Under the pieces are notes generated by a model. It was not told where the DNA came from and searched no databases. It saw nothing but the letters and a program-made list of their open reading frames with translations. From a virus (lineage: Duplodnaviria > Caudoviricetes), in IMG/VR virus record IMGVR_UViG_3300010163_000022, positions 658-64,657 of that record: a DNA stretch of 64,000 nt; one strand, given 5' to 3'. The first letter of the stretch is position 1. Every line of letters begins with the position of its first letter. The translations under genes and the position numbers were made by a program. Positions 9,863-20,115 of the stretch are shown one piece after another.

Positions 9863-10918
9863 ATGTTATCTGCTAATCAAGTCAAAGAATTATTGAGCAA
9901 GCAAGATATTTTTGATATTTTGAATGAATTGGGTGGAGAACCAAAGTTTCATAAAAGTGTTATTATATCAAAAACTATTTGTCATAATGGAAGTCACAAA
10001 GGTAAAGAGAAATTAATATATTATCCAGATAAAAAAATTTTTAGATGTTATACTGAATGTGGTAATTTTGATATTTTTAAATTAGTTTCATCTGTTTTAA
10101 ATTTAGATTTTATAAATTCTTTTAAATATATTTGTAATAAATTTAATTTATATTCAAAATCAGATAATTATGAATTTGAGTATATAGATAATTCTTTTTT
10201 TAATAAATTTTATAAAGAAAGTGAAAAAATAGAATTATCTATTTTACCAAATTATTATTTAAAATCTTTTTATCAAATATATCATAAGTCGTGGATTAAA
10301 GATGGTATTAGTATAGAAGCTATGAAAAAATTTAATATTCATTTTTCTATAAAAAATAATCAAATTATAATTCCACATTATGATATAAATAATAATTTAA
10401 TAGGTATTAGAGCAAGAAATTTAAATGAAAATTTAGTTAATGAAGGTAAAAAATATGTTCCAATTTTTTATAAAAATAAAATTTTATCTTATCCAACAGG
10501 TGCAAATTTATATGGTTTAAATATAAACAAAGATAATATAAAAAAATATAAAACTATTATATTAGTAGAAGCAGAAAAAAGTGTTTTGCAAAGTGAAAGT
10601 ATGTTTTTTAATAAATCTATAGCAGTAGCTTTAAGTGGTTCATCTTTATCTAGCTATCAAGTAAATTTAATTAAAAATTTAAATATAGAAAATTGTATTA
10701 TAGCTTTAGATAAAGAATACAAAAATAATGATAGTATAGAAGAAGAATTTTATAAAAATAAAATTTATTTAACTATTATAAGTAAATTAATTCCTTATTT
10801 TAATATTTCTGTTATCTGGGATATAGATAATTTATTAAGCTATAAAGACTCACCTCTTGATAAAGGTAAAGAAGTTTTTGAAAAATTATTAAATCAAAAA
10901 ATAGAAATAAATGAATAA
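9863..10918 (+). CDS. DNA primase (YorJ-like)
   Basis: Zn finger TICH..CYTEC, IIIPHYD..GIRAR, TOPRIM EAEKS and ALDKE. Confidence 0.92.
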   Translation: MLSANQVKELLSKQDIFDILNELGGEPKFHKSVIISKTICHNGSHKGKEKLIYYPDKKIFRCYTECGNFDIFKLVSSVLNLDFINSFKYICNKFNLYSKSDNYEFEYIDNSFFNKFYKESEKIELSILPNYYLKSFYQIYHKSWIKDGISIEAMKKFNIHFSIKNNQIIIPHYDINNNLIGIRARNLNENLVNEGKKYVPIFYKNKILSYPTGANLYGLNINKDNIKKYKTIILVEAEKSVLQSESMFFNKSIAVALSGSSLSSYQVNLIKNLNIENCIIALDKEYKNNDSIEEEFYKNKIYLTIISKLIPYFNISVIWDIDNLLSYKDSPLDKGKEVFEKLLNQKIEINE

Positions 10919-10927
10919 AAAAATATT

Positions 10928-10977
10928 AATAAAATAGCATAAACATATTTTAACAATTTTATTTATGCTATTTTATT
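10928..10977. repeat. 16-bp perfect inverted repeat with 18-nt spacer
   Basis: AATAAAATAGCATAAA ... TTTATGCTATTTTATT, abutting the -35 of the next promoter. Confidence 0.85.
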
Positions 10978-11004
10978 TTACATTTTTTTAAGAACTGATA
11001 TAAT
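10977..11004 (+). promoter_or_regulatory. Conserved phage promoter (TTTACA-16 bp-TATAAT)
   Basis: TTTACA ttttttaagaactga-type spacer ending ACTGA, then TATAAT. Confidence 0.8.
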
Positions 11005-11032
11005 AAATATTAAGTAGTATAAATATCAGGGG

Positions 11033-12061
11033 GTGCTAGAGGTGGGGAAATATAATAATTTTAATTCTAAATTAGACAATATAACTATTAGGGAAATAAA
11101 TTCTAAATTAGATTATAATTTAACTTCTTTAAATGATAGAAAACAAAAATTAGATGATATTTTAAGTAATACTAATTTTTATACTGATTATTTCGATAAT
11201 TATTATAAAAGCAATCTTACAAGCAATGATAATCTTTCAGAAAATAATAATGTTTGTAGGTCTTTAGAAAATATGGCTACTTATTTATTAAATTCTGAAG
11301 AAGAAAAAAAACAAAGACAAAAAAATAAAGAATATAAATTATATGTAGATAATAAATATTTTAATTTAAAACTTAATAAAGAAACTTTTTTAAATTCTTG
11401 TGAAAATATTGAATTAGAAAATAATATTATTCATTATTTAAAAAATAAAGAAAATAATATTAAAAAAGTGTATAAAACAAAAATTACTCAAGAGGATTTA
11501 CAAAAAGAAGGATGGTTTGGTGATATATTAAGAAATTATAATGAATGTTTAAATAATTTAACTAATAAATTAACTGATAAACAAAATATAAATCTTTATA
11601 ATAGATATTATTTAACTAGAGCTAAAGGTCAAATTATAGAAGATATGATTTATTGCAAAGAAAGCTTTTTAAAGCCTATAAAATTAAATTTAAAAATTGA
11701 AAATGAGTCTACAAAATACAATTTTGATAACTTTGATTTTACTAATGAAACTCATCTTAAAGGCTTTAAATATAAAAATGATAAAGGTAAATTAATTAAT
11801 ATAAAAGGTTTAATTTATTTTGATTATAAAGATTATGATATAAATGACGATATGTATCATGTTTTGTTAGATTTAGAAAAAATAATAAATAAATCTAATT
11901 TAACTTTTTTTGAAAAGCAAGTATTAAAATTATTAAGAAAAGGATTTAATAATTCAGAAATAGCAAAAAAATTAAAGACTAATCATGTTAAAATTATAAG
12001 AACAATAAATAAAATTATTAAAAAAATTAAATTAGTTGGTGAAACTTATGATGATAAATAA
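11033..12061 (+). CDS. Transcriptional regulator with C-terminal LuxR/sigma-r4 HTH; probable late-gene activator
   Basis: LTFFEKQVLKLLRKGFNNSEIAKKL; sits just before the morphogenesis genes; true start may be GTG 11042. Confidence 0.7.
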   Translation: MLEVGKYNNFNSKLDNITIREINSKLDYNLTSLNDRKQKLDDILSNTNFYTDYFDNYYKSNLTSNDNLSENNNVCRSLENMATYLLNSEEEKKQRQKNKEYKLYVDNKYFNLKLNKETFLNSCENIELENNIIHYLKNKENNIKKVYKTKITQEDLQKEGWFGDILRNYNECLNNLTNKLTDKQNINLYNRYYLTRAKGQIIEDMIYCKESFLKPIKLNLKIENESTKYNFDNFDFTNETHLKGFKYKNDKGKLINIKGLIYFDYKDYDINDDMYHVLLDLEKIINKSNLTFFEKQVLKLLRKGFNNSEIAKKLKTNHVKIIRTINKIIKKIKLVGETYDDK

Positions 12062-12746
12062 TCTTGAATATGAATGTAATAATATTTTACTTTTAAATAA
12101 AAATAAAGAAGGAATTATAAATTATAAAGAAATATCTAAAATAAATATAAATAAATTTTTAAATGATAATAAATATTATACAAGCGATAATTTATGGAAC
12201 ATTTGTTTATCTAAATATAAAGATAATTTTATTAAAGAACTTTATTTTTTAGAACAAAAATTTTATATAGATAAAAAAGATATTTTAAGAATTTTAAGAA
12301 AGCAATTTCAATATCGAATATATGAAGCTTCTATAATTGAAGCAATTTGTATATATAATATAAATAAATCTAAAGATTATACTTTATTAAAAACAAGTGA
12401 TGAAGATGACTATAAAAATAAAATTGATATTAGATTTATAAATAAACATACTCAAATAAATTTTCATTTACAAATAAAAAAATGGAATAAAACTAAATTT
12501 AATAAAAATAAAATAAAAAGAGAAAAAGAAATACAAAAAGAAATTTTTGGGTCAGAAGCAATATATTTTGAAATAGATTTTAAAGAAAATAATCCATCTA
12601 AAAGAAAATTATTTTATAATACTAAAATAATAGATTTTTCTTATTCAGATGGTAAAGATGATAATTTTTTTAAAAATTTTATTGATTTATTAAATTATAT
12701 TCATACAGAAAAAATAGAGAAAATTTTAGATTATTATTTAAACTAA
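12036..12746 (+). CDS. Hypothetical protein, possible PD-(D/E)XK nuclease fold
   Basis: DEDDYKNKIDIRF...HLQIKK resembles the D..ID..QxK pattern; likely start ATG 12048. Confidence 0.45.
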   Translation: MVKLMMINNLEYECNNILLLNKNKEGIINYKEISKININKFLNDNKYYTSDNLWNICLSKYKDNFIKELYFLEQKFYIDKKDILRILRKQFQYRIYEASIIEAICIYNINKSKDYTLLKTSDEDDYKNKIDIRFINKHTQINFHLQIKKWNKTKFNKNKIKREKEIQKEIFGSEAIYFEIDFKENNPSKRKLFYNTKIIDFSYSDGKDDNFFKNFIDLLNYIHTEKIEKILDYYLN

Positions 12747-12855
12747 CTAAAATATTTATTTATAATCTGTACATTTTTATATAATTTATTTATATATATA
12801 ATATAATTATAATATACAAAATTATTCTAAAATTTAAAAAAAATAAGGAGCAAAA

Positions 12856-13044
12856 ATGAAAAATAATAATTCTCAAATTGAACTTGATAATCAATATTGC
12901 TCTTTTTGTGGAACAAATTTAGTTTTAAATATAGACTACAAGAAAAAAGAAATTTTTTTAGTTTGTCCTTTTTGTGGTAAAGAATTTAATCAATCAAATA
13001 TATCTTTTTTAAATAAAAATTTTTTAAAAGAGCTAATTTTTTAA
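12856..13044 (+). CDS. Small Zn-ribbon protein
   Basis: CSFC...CPFC; AAGGAG RBS. Confidence 0.7.
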   Translation: MKNNNSQIELDNQYCSFCGTNLVLNIDYKKKEIFLVCPFCGKEFNQSNISFLNKNFLKELIF

Positions 13045-13053
13045 ATAAAGTAG

Positions 13054-13470
13054 ATGAATAAAATGAGCGATAATATAAAAAGACAAAAAATTTGTGATAA
13101 ATGTGGTAAAATTATTGATATTAATGAAACTTGTAGTTGTTTAAAAAATTTAAAAAATGATTATCAAAAACAATATTATAAAAAAAATAAAAATTTGATG
13201 GATGAACTTACAAGTTTAAAATGGGCAAAATTTAGAAAATTAATAATAGACAGAGACAATGGATATTGTCAAAGATGCTATTATAAATATGGAATTATTA
13301 ATAAATCTAATTTACAAGTTCATCATATTAAGCCTCGTATAAAATATCCAAATTTAGTATATGATGAAAATAATTGTATAACTTTATGTAAAACTTGTAA
13401 TACTCAATTAGGATTACAAGAAGAATTAGATTTTATTTGGAATAAAAAAGAATTAAATTATAATTTATAA
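13054..13470 (+). CDS. Terminase-associated HNH endonuclease (HK97 gp74-like)
   Basis: RDNGYCQRC...LQVHHIKP...NCITLCKTCN; immediately upstream of terS. Confidence 0.9.
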   Translation: MNKMSDNIKRQKICDKCGKIIDINETCSCLKNLKNDYQKQYYKKNKNLMDELTSLKWAKFRKLIIDRDNGYCQRCYYKYGIINKSNLQVHHIKPRIKYPNLVYDENNCITLCKTCNTQLGLQEELDFIWNKKELNYNL

Positions 13471-13482
13471 GGAAGTGAAATA

Positions 13483-13989
13483 ATGTTAAAGGAAACCGGT
13501 TGTAAAAGAACTCCTGCAGCATTATCAAGTGGAAATATTGAAACTTCAGAAGTTCTAAAATTAAAATATGAACAAGAACAAAGATTAAAAGGTAAAACAG
13601 ATTTATTAAATATTATACCAGAATATTTAGATGAATTGGCTAAAGAATATTATCAATTTTTAGTTAGTGAATTAGAAGTTAGCAATCTTCTTGGTAATTT
13701 AGATGTTCCTATTTTAGAACAAGCAGCAGATTGTTTAAGTAAAATGAGATACTGTGATAATATTCTTAAACAAGATGGTATAATAATAGAAATGCCAGAT
13801 AGGTACGGAAATCTTCAGCCAAGAGAACATCCAGCAGTAGGTACTAAACAAAAATATTTAACTCAATTTAGATTTTTATGTAATCAATTAGGATTATCTC
13901 CTGCATCAAGAGCTGCTTTAGTTGGATTAAAAATACAGAAAAAAGAAAAAGATAACGATCCTTTATTAAAAGTTTTAGAACAAGATTAA
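13483..13989 (+). CDS. terS: Terminase small subunit, P27 family
   Basis: EHPAV...QLGLSPASRA motif. Confidence 0.9.
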   Translation: MLKETGCKRTPAALSSGNIETSEVLKLKYEQEQRLKGKTDLLNIIPEYLDELAKEYYQFLVSELEVSNLLGNLDVPILEQAADCLSKMRYCDNILKQDGIIIEMPDRYGNLQPREHPAVGTKQKYLTQFRFLCNQLGLSPASRAALVGLKIQKKEKDNDPLLKVLEQD

Positions 13990-14008
13990 ATAGAGAGAGG
14001 TAAGATGA

Positions 14009-15706
14009 ATGAATTATGAATATTTAAAAAGTCATCCATCTTATAAATATGCTATTGATGTAATAGATAATAAAATTATTGCTGGAAAATATATAAAAAT
14101 AGTTTGTCAGCAATTTCTAGATGAATTAAATAATGAAAATTCTAAATATTTTTTAGATGAAAAAGAAATAAAAAAAATTACTGATTTATCTAAATTAATA
14201 ATTATGCCTACTGGAATTAAGGTTGGCATTTCAGCTTATAAAGCTTTAGCTAATTTTCAATGGTTCTTTTTAATCAATGCTTTATGTTGGAAACATAAAG
14301 ATAATCCATTAAAAAGACGATATGAAAAAAGTGTATTATTAATAGCAAGAAAATCAGGAAAAAGTTTTATTTGTGGATTTATTTTTATAATATTGCTTTT
14401 AACTGAACCTAAATATAGCGAATTTTATTCTGTAGCTCCAGATAGAGAATTATCAAGTATAGTAAAAAAAGAGACAGAAAAAATTATTAGTTCTTCTCCT
14501 CTTATAGAAAAATATTTTAAAATTTTAAAAAGTGAAATAAAATGCAAACTTACTAATTCAATATTTCAACCATTAGCTACATCAGATAATCGTATGGATG
14601 GTAGACAAGCAAATGTTTTTGTTGCAGATGAAGTTGGAGCTTTAAGAAATAGCGGTCCAATTGAAAGTATGATGTCTTCTCAAATGAATATGATAAATAG
14701 AACAGGTATTTTAATTAGCACAGCTTATGAAAATCCACGAAATCCAATGGTAGAAGAAATAAAATACTCTGAAAAAGTTTTAAATAAAGTAATAGAAGAT
14801 GAGACAGTTTTTGCTTTATTATATCAACCAGACGATCCAAAAGATTGGACGAGTGATAAAACATTATTTGAAGCTAATCCTTTAGCTATTGATATTAAAG
14901 AAAATTATGATTTTTTAGTTCAAAAAAGAAATAGAGCTTTAGAATTACCTAGTGCAAGGAAAAATTTTTTAACAAAACATTTAAATATTTTTGTTGATGG
15001 AGACGAGTCAGAGATTTATGTACCAATCGAAGAAGTTGTAAAATGTAAAATAAACTCTTTTGATTGGTCTAATAAAGAGGTTTATTTAGGTGTTGATTTA
15101 TCTCAAACAAATGATAATACAGCTATTTCTATGGTCTATTATGATGTTTTAACTGATATTTTTTATGTTAAAGTATGGGGATTTATTCCAACAGATCGAG
15201 CTTTACAAAAAAGTAAAGTAGAACATATTGATTATTATATTATGAAAGAAAATGGTTATTGTTATTATTGTGGAGATAAAGTTATAAGCTATAGTTTTGT
15301 TGAAGATTTTGTACTTAATTTAGAAAAAAAGTATAAAGTGATTATAAAAGGAATAGGATATGATAGATATAATTGTATTTCTTCAGCTAATAAATGGTAT
15401 GAAGCCGGTTATAATACAATTGAAATAAAACAACATTCTTCAGTTTTATATCCTGCAACAAAATTATTAAAAGAGTCAATTCTTGAAAATAAATTTAGAT
15501 ATGAAAAAAATCAATTATTTGAGATTAATTTTTCAAATTGTAAAGAAGTTAAAGATACAAATTTAAATACTTTTATAAGTAAGAAAAAATCTACAGGAAA
15601 AGTAGATTTAGTTATTGCTACAATAAATGCAATTTGTTTATGGGAAAAGGATATTGAAAATGGATTAAAAAGTAAATATGATGATAATGAATTAGTAATA
15701 TTTTAG
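14009..15706 (+). CDS. terL: Terminase large subunit (cos-type, Terminase_1)
   Basis: ARKSGKS Walker A, ADEVG Walker B, ISTA, GVDLSQTND nuclease motif, KVDLVIA. Confidence 0.95.
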   Translation: MNYEYLKSHPSYKYAIDVIDNKIIAGKYIKIVCQQFLDELNNENSKYFLDEKEIKKITDLSKLIIMPTGIKVGISAYKALANFQWFFLINALCWKHKDNPLKRRYEKSVLLIARKSGKSFICGFIFIILLLTEPKYSEFYSVAPDRELSSIVKKETEKIISSSPLIEKYFKILKSEIKCKLTNSIFQPLATSDNRMDGRQANVFVADEVGALRNSGPIESMMSSQMNMINRTGILISTAYENPRNPMVEEIKYSEKVLNKVIEDETVFALLYQPDDPKDWTSDKTLFEANPLAIDIKENYDFLVQKRNRALELPSARKNFLTKHLNIFVDGDESEIYVPIEEVVKCKINSFDWSNKEVYLGVDLSQTNDNTAISMVYYDVLTDIFYVKVWGFIPTDRALQKSKVEHIDYYIMKENGYCYYCGDKVISYSFVEDFVLNLEKKYKVIIKGIGYDRYNCISSANKWYEAGYNTIEIKQHSSVLYPATKLLKESILENKFRYEKNQLFEINFSNCKEVKDTNLNTFISKKKSTGKVDLVIATINAICLWEKDIENGLKSKYDDNELVIF

Positions 15707-15722
15707 AAAGGAGGTTAATTAA

Positions 15723-17009
15723 TTGTGGCCTTTTAAAAAAAAGGAAAATATTGAAGAACGATCTAGACAGGCAGACTTTAGTTATGGAAGTTTTTTTATA
15801 TCTTCTTTTTTTGGAGATAATAAAGAAATAACTGAAGAACAAGCTTTAAAAATTCCTGCAATTACTTCGTGCGTTGATTTAATATCTTCTTCTATAGCTC
15901 AACTTCCTATTTATTTATATCAAGAAAATAAAAAAGGAGAAGTAATCAAAATAAATGATAATCGAGTTTTTTTATTAAATGAAGAACCTAATAATTTACA
16001 AAATGGATATAATTTTAAAAAACAAATAGTTAAAGATTATTTATTATATGGAGCCTCCTATACAAAAATAGAAAAAGTAAGAAATAAAATAACAGCATTT
16101 TATAATTTAGAAATAGAAAAAATAACTATTACTAAATATTTAAAAAATTCTTATCAATATGATGCAGTAATTAATTTTAATTATGATATTACAAATCAGC
16201 TTAATGAAAATAAATTTTATCCAGAAGATTTAATTATTATTTTAAGAGATAGTGAAGATGGTATTACTTCTAAAGGAGCACTTAAAAATAATTCAGATAT
16301 TATTAAATTAGCTATAGATGAGCTTGATTATTCGAGGTCTTTAGTTAAAAATGGAGCTTTGCCTATTGGAATTTTAAAAACAGCATCAAAATTAACAGAA
16401 AAAGCCATTAAAAATTTAAGAACAAGTTTTGAAAGACTTTACTCAGGGGCATCAAATGCAGGTAAAACAATTCTTTTAGAAGAAGGACTTGATTATAAAC
16501 CAATTTCAATGAAACCTAATGATTTAGATTTAACTAATTCTAAAAAGAATACTATTTCTGAAATTGCTAGAATTTTTAATGTTCCTGAAGCAATGATTAA
16601 TAGTTCAGCAAATAAATATAATTCTAATGAACAAAATAGTTTGCATTTTCTCCAATATTGTATATCTCCTATTATTAATGCTTTAGAAGCAGGTATTAAT
16701 AAATCTACTTTATTGGAAAGTGAAAAAAAGAAAGGATTTTATTGGAGAATAGATACATCTGAATTACTTAGAACAACAGAAAGTCAAAAAGTAGAAACTA
16801 CGGTAAAAGCTATGCAATCTGGATTGTATTCTATTAATGAAGCTAGATCTAAAATTGATTTACCGTCTTTAAATGAAGATTATCTTACTTGGAGCTTAGG
16901 AAGTATTTTTTATAATCCAAAAACAGATAAAATGACTATACCAAATTTAGGTGTTACTTTAGACAAAGATGAAAATAAAACTAAACAAAATAATAATAAT
17001 AATAAATAA
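15723..17009 (+). CDS. Portal protein, HK97 family
   Basis: AITSCVDLISSSIAQLP, EIARIFNVP, SINEARSKIDLP. Confidence 0.95.
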   Translation: MWPFKKKENIEERSRQADFSYGSFFISSFFGDNKEITEEQALKIPAITSCVDLISSSIAQLPIYLYQENKKGEVIKINDNRVFLLNEEPNNLQNGYNFKKQIVKDYLLYGASYTKIEKVRNKITAFYNLEIEKITITKYLKNSYQYDAVINFNYDITNQLNENKFYPEDLIIILRDSEDGITSKGALKNNSDIIKLAIDELDYSRSLVKNGALPIGILKTASKLTEKAIKNLRTSFERLYSGASNAGKTILLEEGLDYKPISMKPNDLDLTNSKKNTISEIARIFNVPEAMINSSANKYNSNEQNSLHFLQYCISPIINALEAGINKSTLLESEKKKGFYWRIDTSELLRTTESQKVETTVKAMQSGLYSINEARSKIDLPSLNEDYLTWSLGSIFYNPKTDKMTIPNLGVTLDKDENKTKQNNNNNK

Positions 17010-17045
17010 AAAATATAAATTAATTTTAAAAGAAAGGAGATAAAA

Positions 17046-18011
17046 ATGAATTTAGAATTAAGGTCTTTTAATATTAATTTTCGATCTAAAATAGAAGAAG
17101 ATAATACTGGCATATTAAAAGTTTCAGGATATGCTAATAAAACTGAACAGCTTAGTGAACTTATGTATGATAAAAAAAGTAATCGAAAATTTAGAGAGCT
17201 TATTAAAAAAGGAGCTTTTAAAAAATCAATAAAAAATTCTTCTTATGATATAGATTTTTTAGCAGAACATAATGATAAGTTAATTTTGTCATCTACTAGA
17301 AATAAATCTTTATTTTTAAATGAAGATGATGAAGGATTGTTTTTTGAAGCAACTATTGTTCCTACTTCTTGGGGACAAGATTACTATAAATTAATTAAAG
17401 ATGAAATTTTAAGAAATATGAGTTTTGGATTTATTGTAATTAAAGATAAATGGACGTATAATACTTCAAAAAATGAATACTTAAGAACTATAGAGGAATT
17501 AGAATTAATTGAAATATCTGTTGTTAGAAATCCTGCTTATCTTCAATCTAATATAGAAGCTCGTGGGATTAATTTGATAAAGAATATAGAAGTACCAAAT
17601 ATTTTATTAAAGGAGAATAGAAAATCAATGGAAAAAAATAAAAATGATAATTTAGTAAATGGAGCTTTAGAACAATGTGAAGAAAAAAGAAATTATATCA
17701 GTAATTGGTATAGTCAAAAAAATGTAACAGAAGCATCATTAGATATAATTGCGGAATTATTAAGTATTTCAAATTATTTTAGTAATGCAGGAGAACCAGA
17801 TAAAGTTAAGAAAATTGCAGAATTTAATTCATTCTTATTACAAATAATATCAGATTATAATACTTCTCTTATTAAAGAAGAAAATGAAAATTTAGATGAG
17901 TCAAGGTCTTTAGATAATAATAATGAAAAAAATTCTAATTTACCAAAAGATTTAAAAGATGCTGAAGAATATTTAAATCAAGCAAAACAAATAATTAATA
18001 ATTTAAAATAA
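17046..18011 (+). CDS. HK97-family prohead protease with a C-terminal extension of about 130 aa
   Basis: FLAEH, DEGLFFEA, MSFGF, LIEISVV..PAY. Confidence 0.92.
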   Translation: MNLELRSFNINFRSKIEEDNTGILKVSGYANKTEQLSELMYDKKSNRKFRELIKKGAFKKSIKNSSYDIDFLAEHNDKLILSSTRNKSLFLNEDDEGLFFEATIVPTSWGQDYYKLIKDEILRNMSFGFIVIKDKWTYNTSKNEYLRTIEELELIEISVVRNPAYLQSNIEARGINLIKNIEVPNILLKENRKSMEKNKNDNLVNGALEQCEEKRNYISNWYSQKNVTEASLDIIAELLSISNYFSNAGEPDKVKKIAEFNSFLLQIISDYNTSLIKEENENLDESRSLDNNNEKNSNLPKDLKDAEEYLNQAKQIINNLK

Positions 18012-18043
18012 AATTATATTAAAATTATAATGGAGGAACTAAA

Positions 18044-19198
18044 ATGAATAAAAAATTAAAAGAATTAAAAGAACAAAAAAATAGTTGTATAGATAGAGTT
18101 GAAGAATTAGTTAATTTAGCTGAGCAAGAAAATAGAACTTTCTCAAGCGAAGAAGAGAAAGAATTTAATACTTTAATTGAAAAAACAAAATCTTTACAAA
18201 CAGAAATTGAAAAAATTGAAGAAATTAGAGTAAAATCTGAAAGTATCAAAAATATGGAAGGAGAAGTGAAAATGGGAGTTAATAAAGATAATGTAAAGGA
18301 TAGAGAATTAAGAGGTTTAGAGTTATATTTAAGAAAAGAAGATGGAGAAGAATTAAGAGATTTACAAGTAACAACAAATGGAACTGCTATAATTCCAGAA
18401 AATGTAGCTAATACTGTTATTACTAAAATAGAAGAAACTTCTCCAGTTTTTGCTAAAGCTCGTAAGTTTCCATCCGTTGCAGGTACTTTGAAAATAGCTA
18501 GAGAAACAGCTTTATCATTAGCAGGTTTTGTTGGTGAAGGTACTAATATTTCAGAATTAGGTTTCAATTTAGAAGATGTTAAATTAACACAAAAAAGAGT
18601 TGGCGCAGCAATATCTTTAAGTAATCAACTTATTAATGACTCTGCAATAGATATAGTAAATTACTCAATTAATTTATTAGCTAGAAGAGTTGCAAAAGCT
18701 ATAGAAAAATCTATTTTAGTCGGTTCTACTGATGATGAATTTAATGGAATAGTTAATGATGATAGTATTGCTAAAGTAACAGCTTCAGGTGCTATCACAA
18801 TAGATACTTTAATGGATGTAATGAATTCTGTAAATCCTGCTTTTTTAACTGATGCACTTTGGATTGTTCAAAGAAAATGCTTCAATCAAATAGCAAAATT
18901 GAAAGATGATATGGGTCATTATTATATGCAAAATGGTGTAGTTAATGGTAAATTAACTTATACATTATTTGGAATTGAAGTTGTTGTAACAGACTCTTTA
19001 ACTGATACTACTCCTATTGTTTTCGGTTCAATTATAGATAGCTATGCTGTTATGATTAAAAAAGGATTAACTTTACAGCATGTTATAGGTGATACAACTC
19101 AAGCTTTAAGAGGTTCTCAATTATTAGTTCTTGATGGTTATATGGATGGTGCAGTTTATAATTCTCAAGGATTAGCAATTTTAACTGTTGGAGCTTAA
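18044..19198 (+). CDS. Major capsid protein, HK97 family
   Basis: N-terminal coiled-coil delta domain; GTAIIPE, FVGEG, SLSNQLINDSAID. Confidence 0.95.
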   Translation: MNKKLKELKEQKNSCIDRVEELVNLAEQENRTFSSEEEKEFNTLIEKTKSLQTEIEKIEEIRVKSESIKNMEGEVKMGVNKDNVKDRELRGLELYLRKEDGEELRDLQVTTNGTAIIPENVANTVITKIEETSPVFAKARKFPSVAGTLKIARETALSLAGFVGEGTNISELGFNLEDVKLTQKRVGAAISLSNQLINDSAIDIVNYSINLLARRVAKAIEKSILVGSTDDEFNGIVNDDSIAKVTASGAITIDTLMDVMNSVNPAFLTDALWIVQRKCFNQIAKLKDDMGHYYMQNGVVNGKLTYTLFGIEVVVTDSLTDTTPIVFGSIIDSYAVMIKKGLTLQHVIGDTTQALRGSQLLVLDGYMDGAVYNSQGLAILTVGA

Positions 19199-19220
19199 TA
19201 AATTTTAATATATTATCAAT

Positions 19221-19246
19221 AAATAGCCTAATTTTTTAGGCTATTT
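19221..19246 (+). terminator. Intrinsic terminator after the capsid gene
   Basis: AAATAGCCTAA-TTTT-TTAGGCTATTT. Confidence 0.8.
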
Positions 19247-19261
19247 TGTGAGGTGAATAAA

Positions 19262-19450
19262 TTGAAAGCAAAAGTATTAAAAAGTATGATATATATTCCT
19301 GATAATAAAGTTGTTAATAAAAACGATTTAATTGAAATTAATGATGATAAATTAATTTATGACCTTTCAAATAAGGGTTTAATTAAAATAGAAAAAGGAC
19401 CTATAAATAAAAAAAATTTAAAAAAAGTAAGTAGTGATATTGATGAATAA
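19262..19450 (+). CDS. Small head-associated hypothetical protein
   Basis: TTG 19262 spaced correctly from a GAGGTG RBS; typical post-capsid position. Confidence 0.65.
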   Translation: MKAKVLKSMIYIPDNKVVNKNDLIEINDDKLIYDLSNKGLIKIEKGPINKKNLKKVSSDIDE

Positions 19451-19781
19451 AATATCAAAAATTACTGAGATAGATTTAGAATTTGTAAAAAATTATTTAA
19501 AAATAGATTATAATGATGATGATGCTTTTTTAGAAACATTAATTATTTCTGCTAAAAGTTTTATTCAATCTTATCTAAATAAAAATTTTTCAGATATGAT
19601 TTTAAATAATGAAGAAATACCTAGTGAATTTACTATTGCTTGTCTTGCTCTTGTTTCTCATTGGTATGAAAAACGAGAAATTACAAATAGCAGTCAAACA
19701 TTAGATGAACTACCTTATATATTTTCAGGAATTCTAGATATGCATAGAAATTGGAATGCTATAGGTGAAGAAAATGAATAA
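19434..19781 (+). CDS. Head-tail connector (HK97 gp6-like)
   Basis: LEFVKNYLKIDYNDDDAFLETLI..A..FIQSY; LVSHWYEKRE. Confidence 0.9.
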   Translation: MILMNKISKITEIDLEFVKNYLKIDYNDDDAFLETLIISAKSFIQSYLNKNFSDMILNNEEIPSEFTIACLALVSHWYEKREITNSSQTLDELPYIFSGILDMHRNWNAIGEENE

Positions 19782-20115
19782 TAAAATTTTTAATATTAAT
19801 CCAGGTAAATTAAATAAAAAAGTTAAAATTTTTAATCAAGCAAATATTTCTGATAAAGCTGGAGGTTATGAAAATCAATTAGAAGAAGTTTGTGAAATAT
19901 GGGCATCAATTATCACCTTATCTGGAAAAGATTTATGGGAAGCTCAAAAATTAAATGCAGATATTTCTCATAAATTAATTATAAGGAATAGAAAAGATAT
20001 TAAAAAATCTCAAATTATTAAATATAAAAATAAAATATTTGATATATTATATTTATTAAATGCAAATGACAAAGAAACTTATTTAGAAGTTATGGTAAAG
20101 GAGAGACTTCAATAA
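19774..20115 (+). CDS. Head closure / head-tail adaptor
   Basis: INPGKLNKKVKI, IWASI, SHKLIIR; ATG 19774 follows an AGGTG RBS. Confidence 0.88.
   Translation: MNNKIFNINPGKLNKKVKIFNQANISDKAGGYENQLEEVCEIWASIITLSGKDLWEAQKLNADISHKLIIRNRKDIKKSQIIKYKNKIFDILYLLNANDKETYLEVMVKERLQ

Noticed and set aside
12747-13482. cos site location
   Set aside because: The terminase type predicts cohesive ends, but no recognisable cos sequence could be identified by eye
18025-18567. 180-aa minus-strand ORF; also 6979-7185, 15618-15842, 16910-17113 and 25347-25532
   Set aside because: Antisense shadows of well-supported genes; no RBS or motifs
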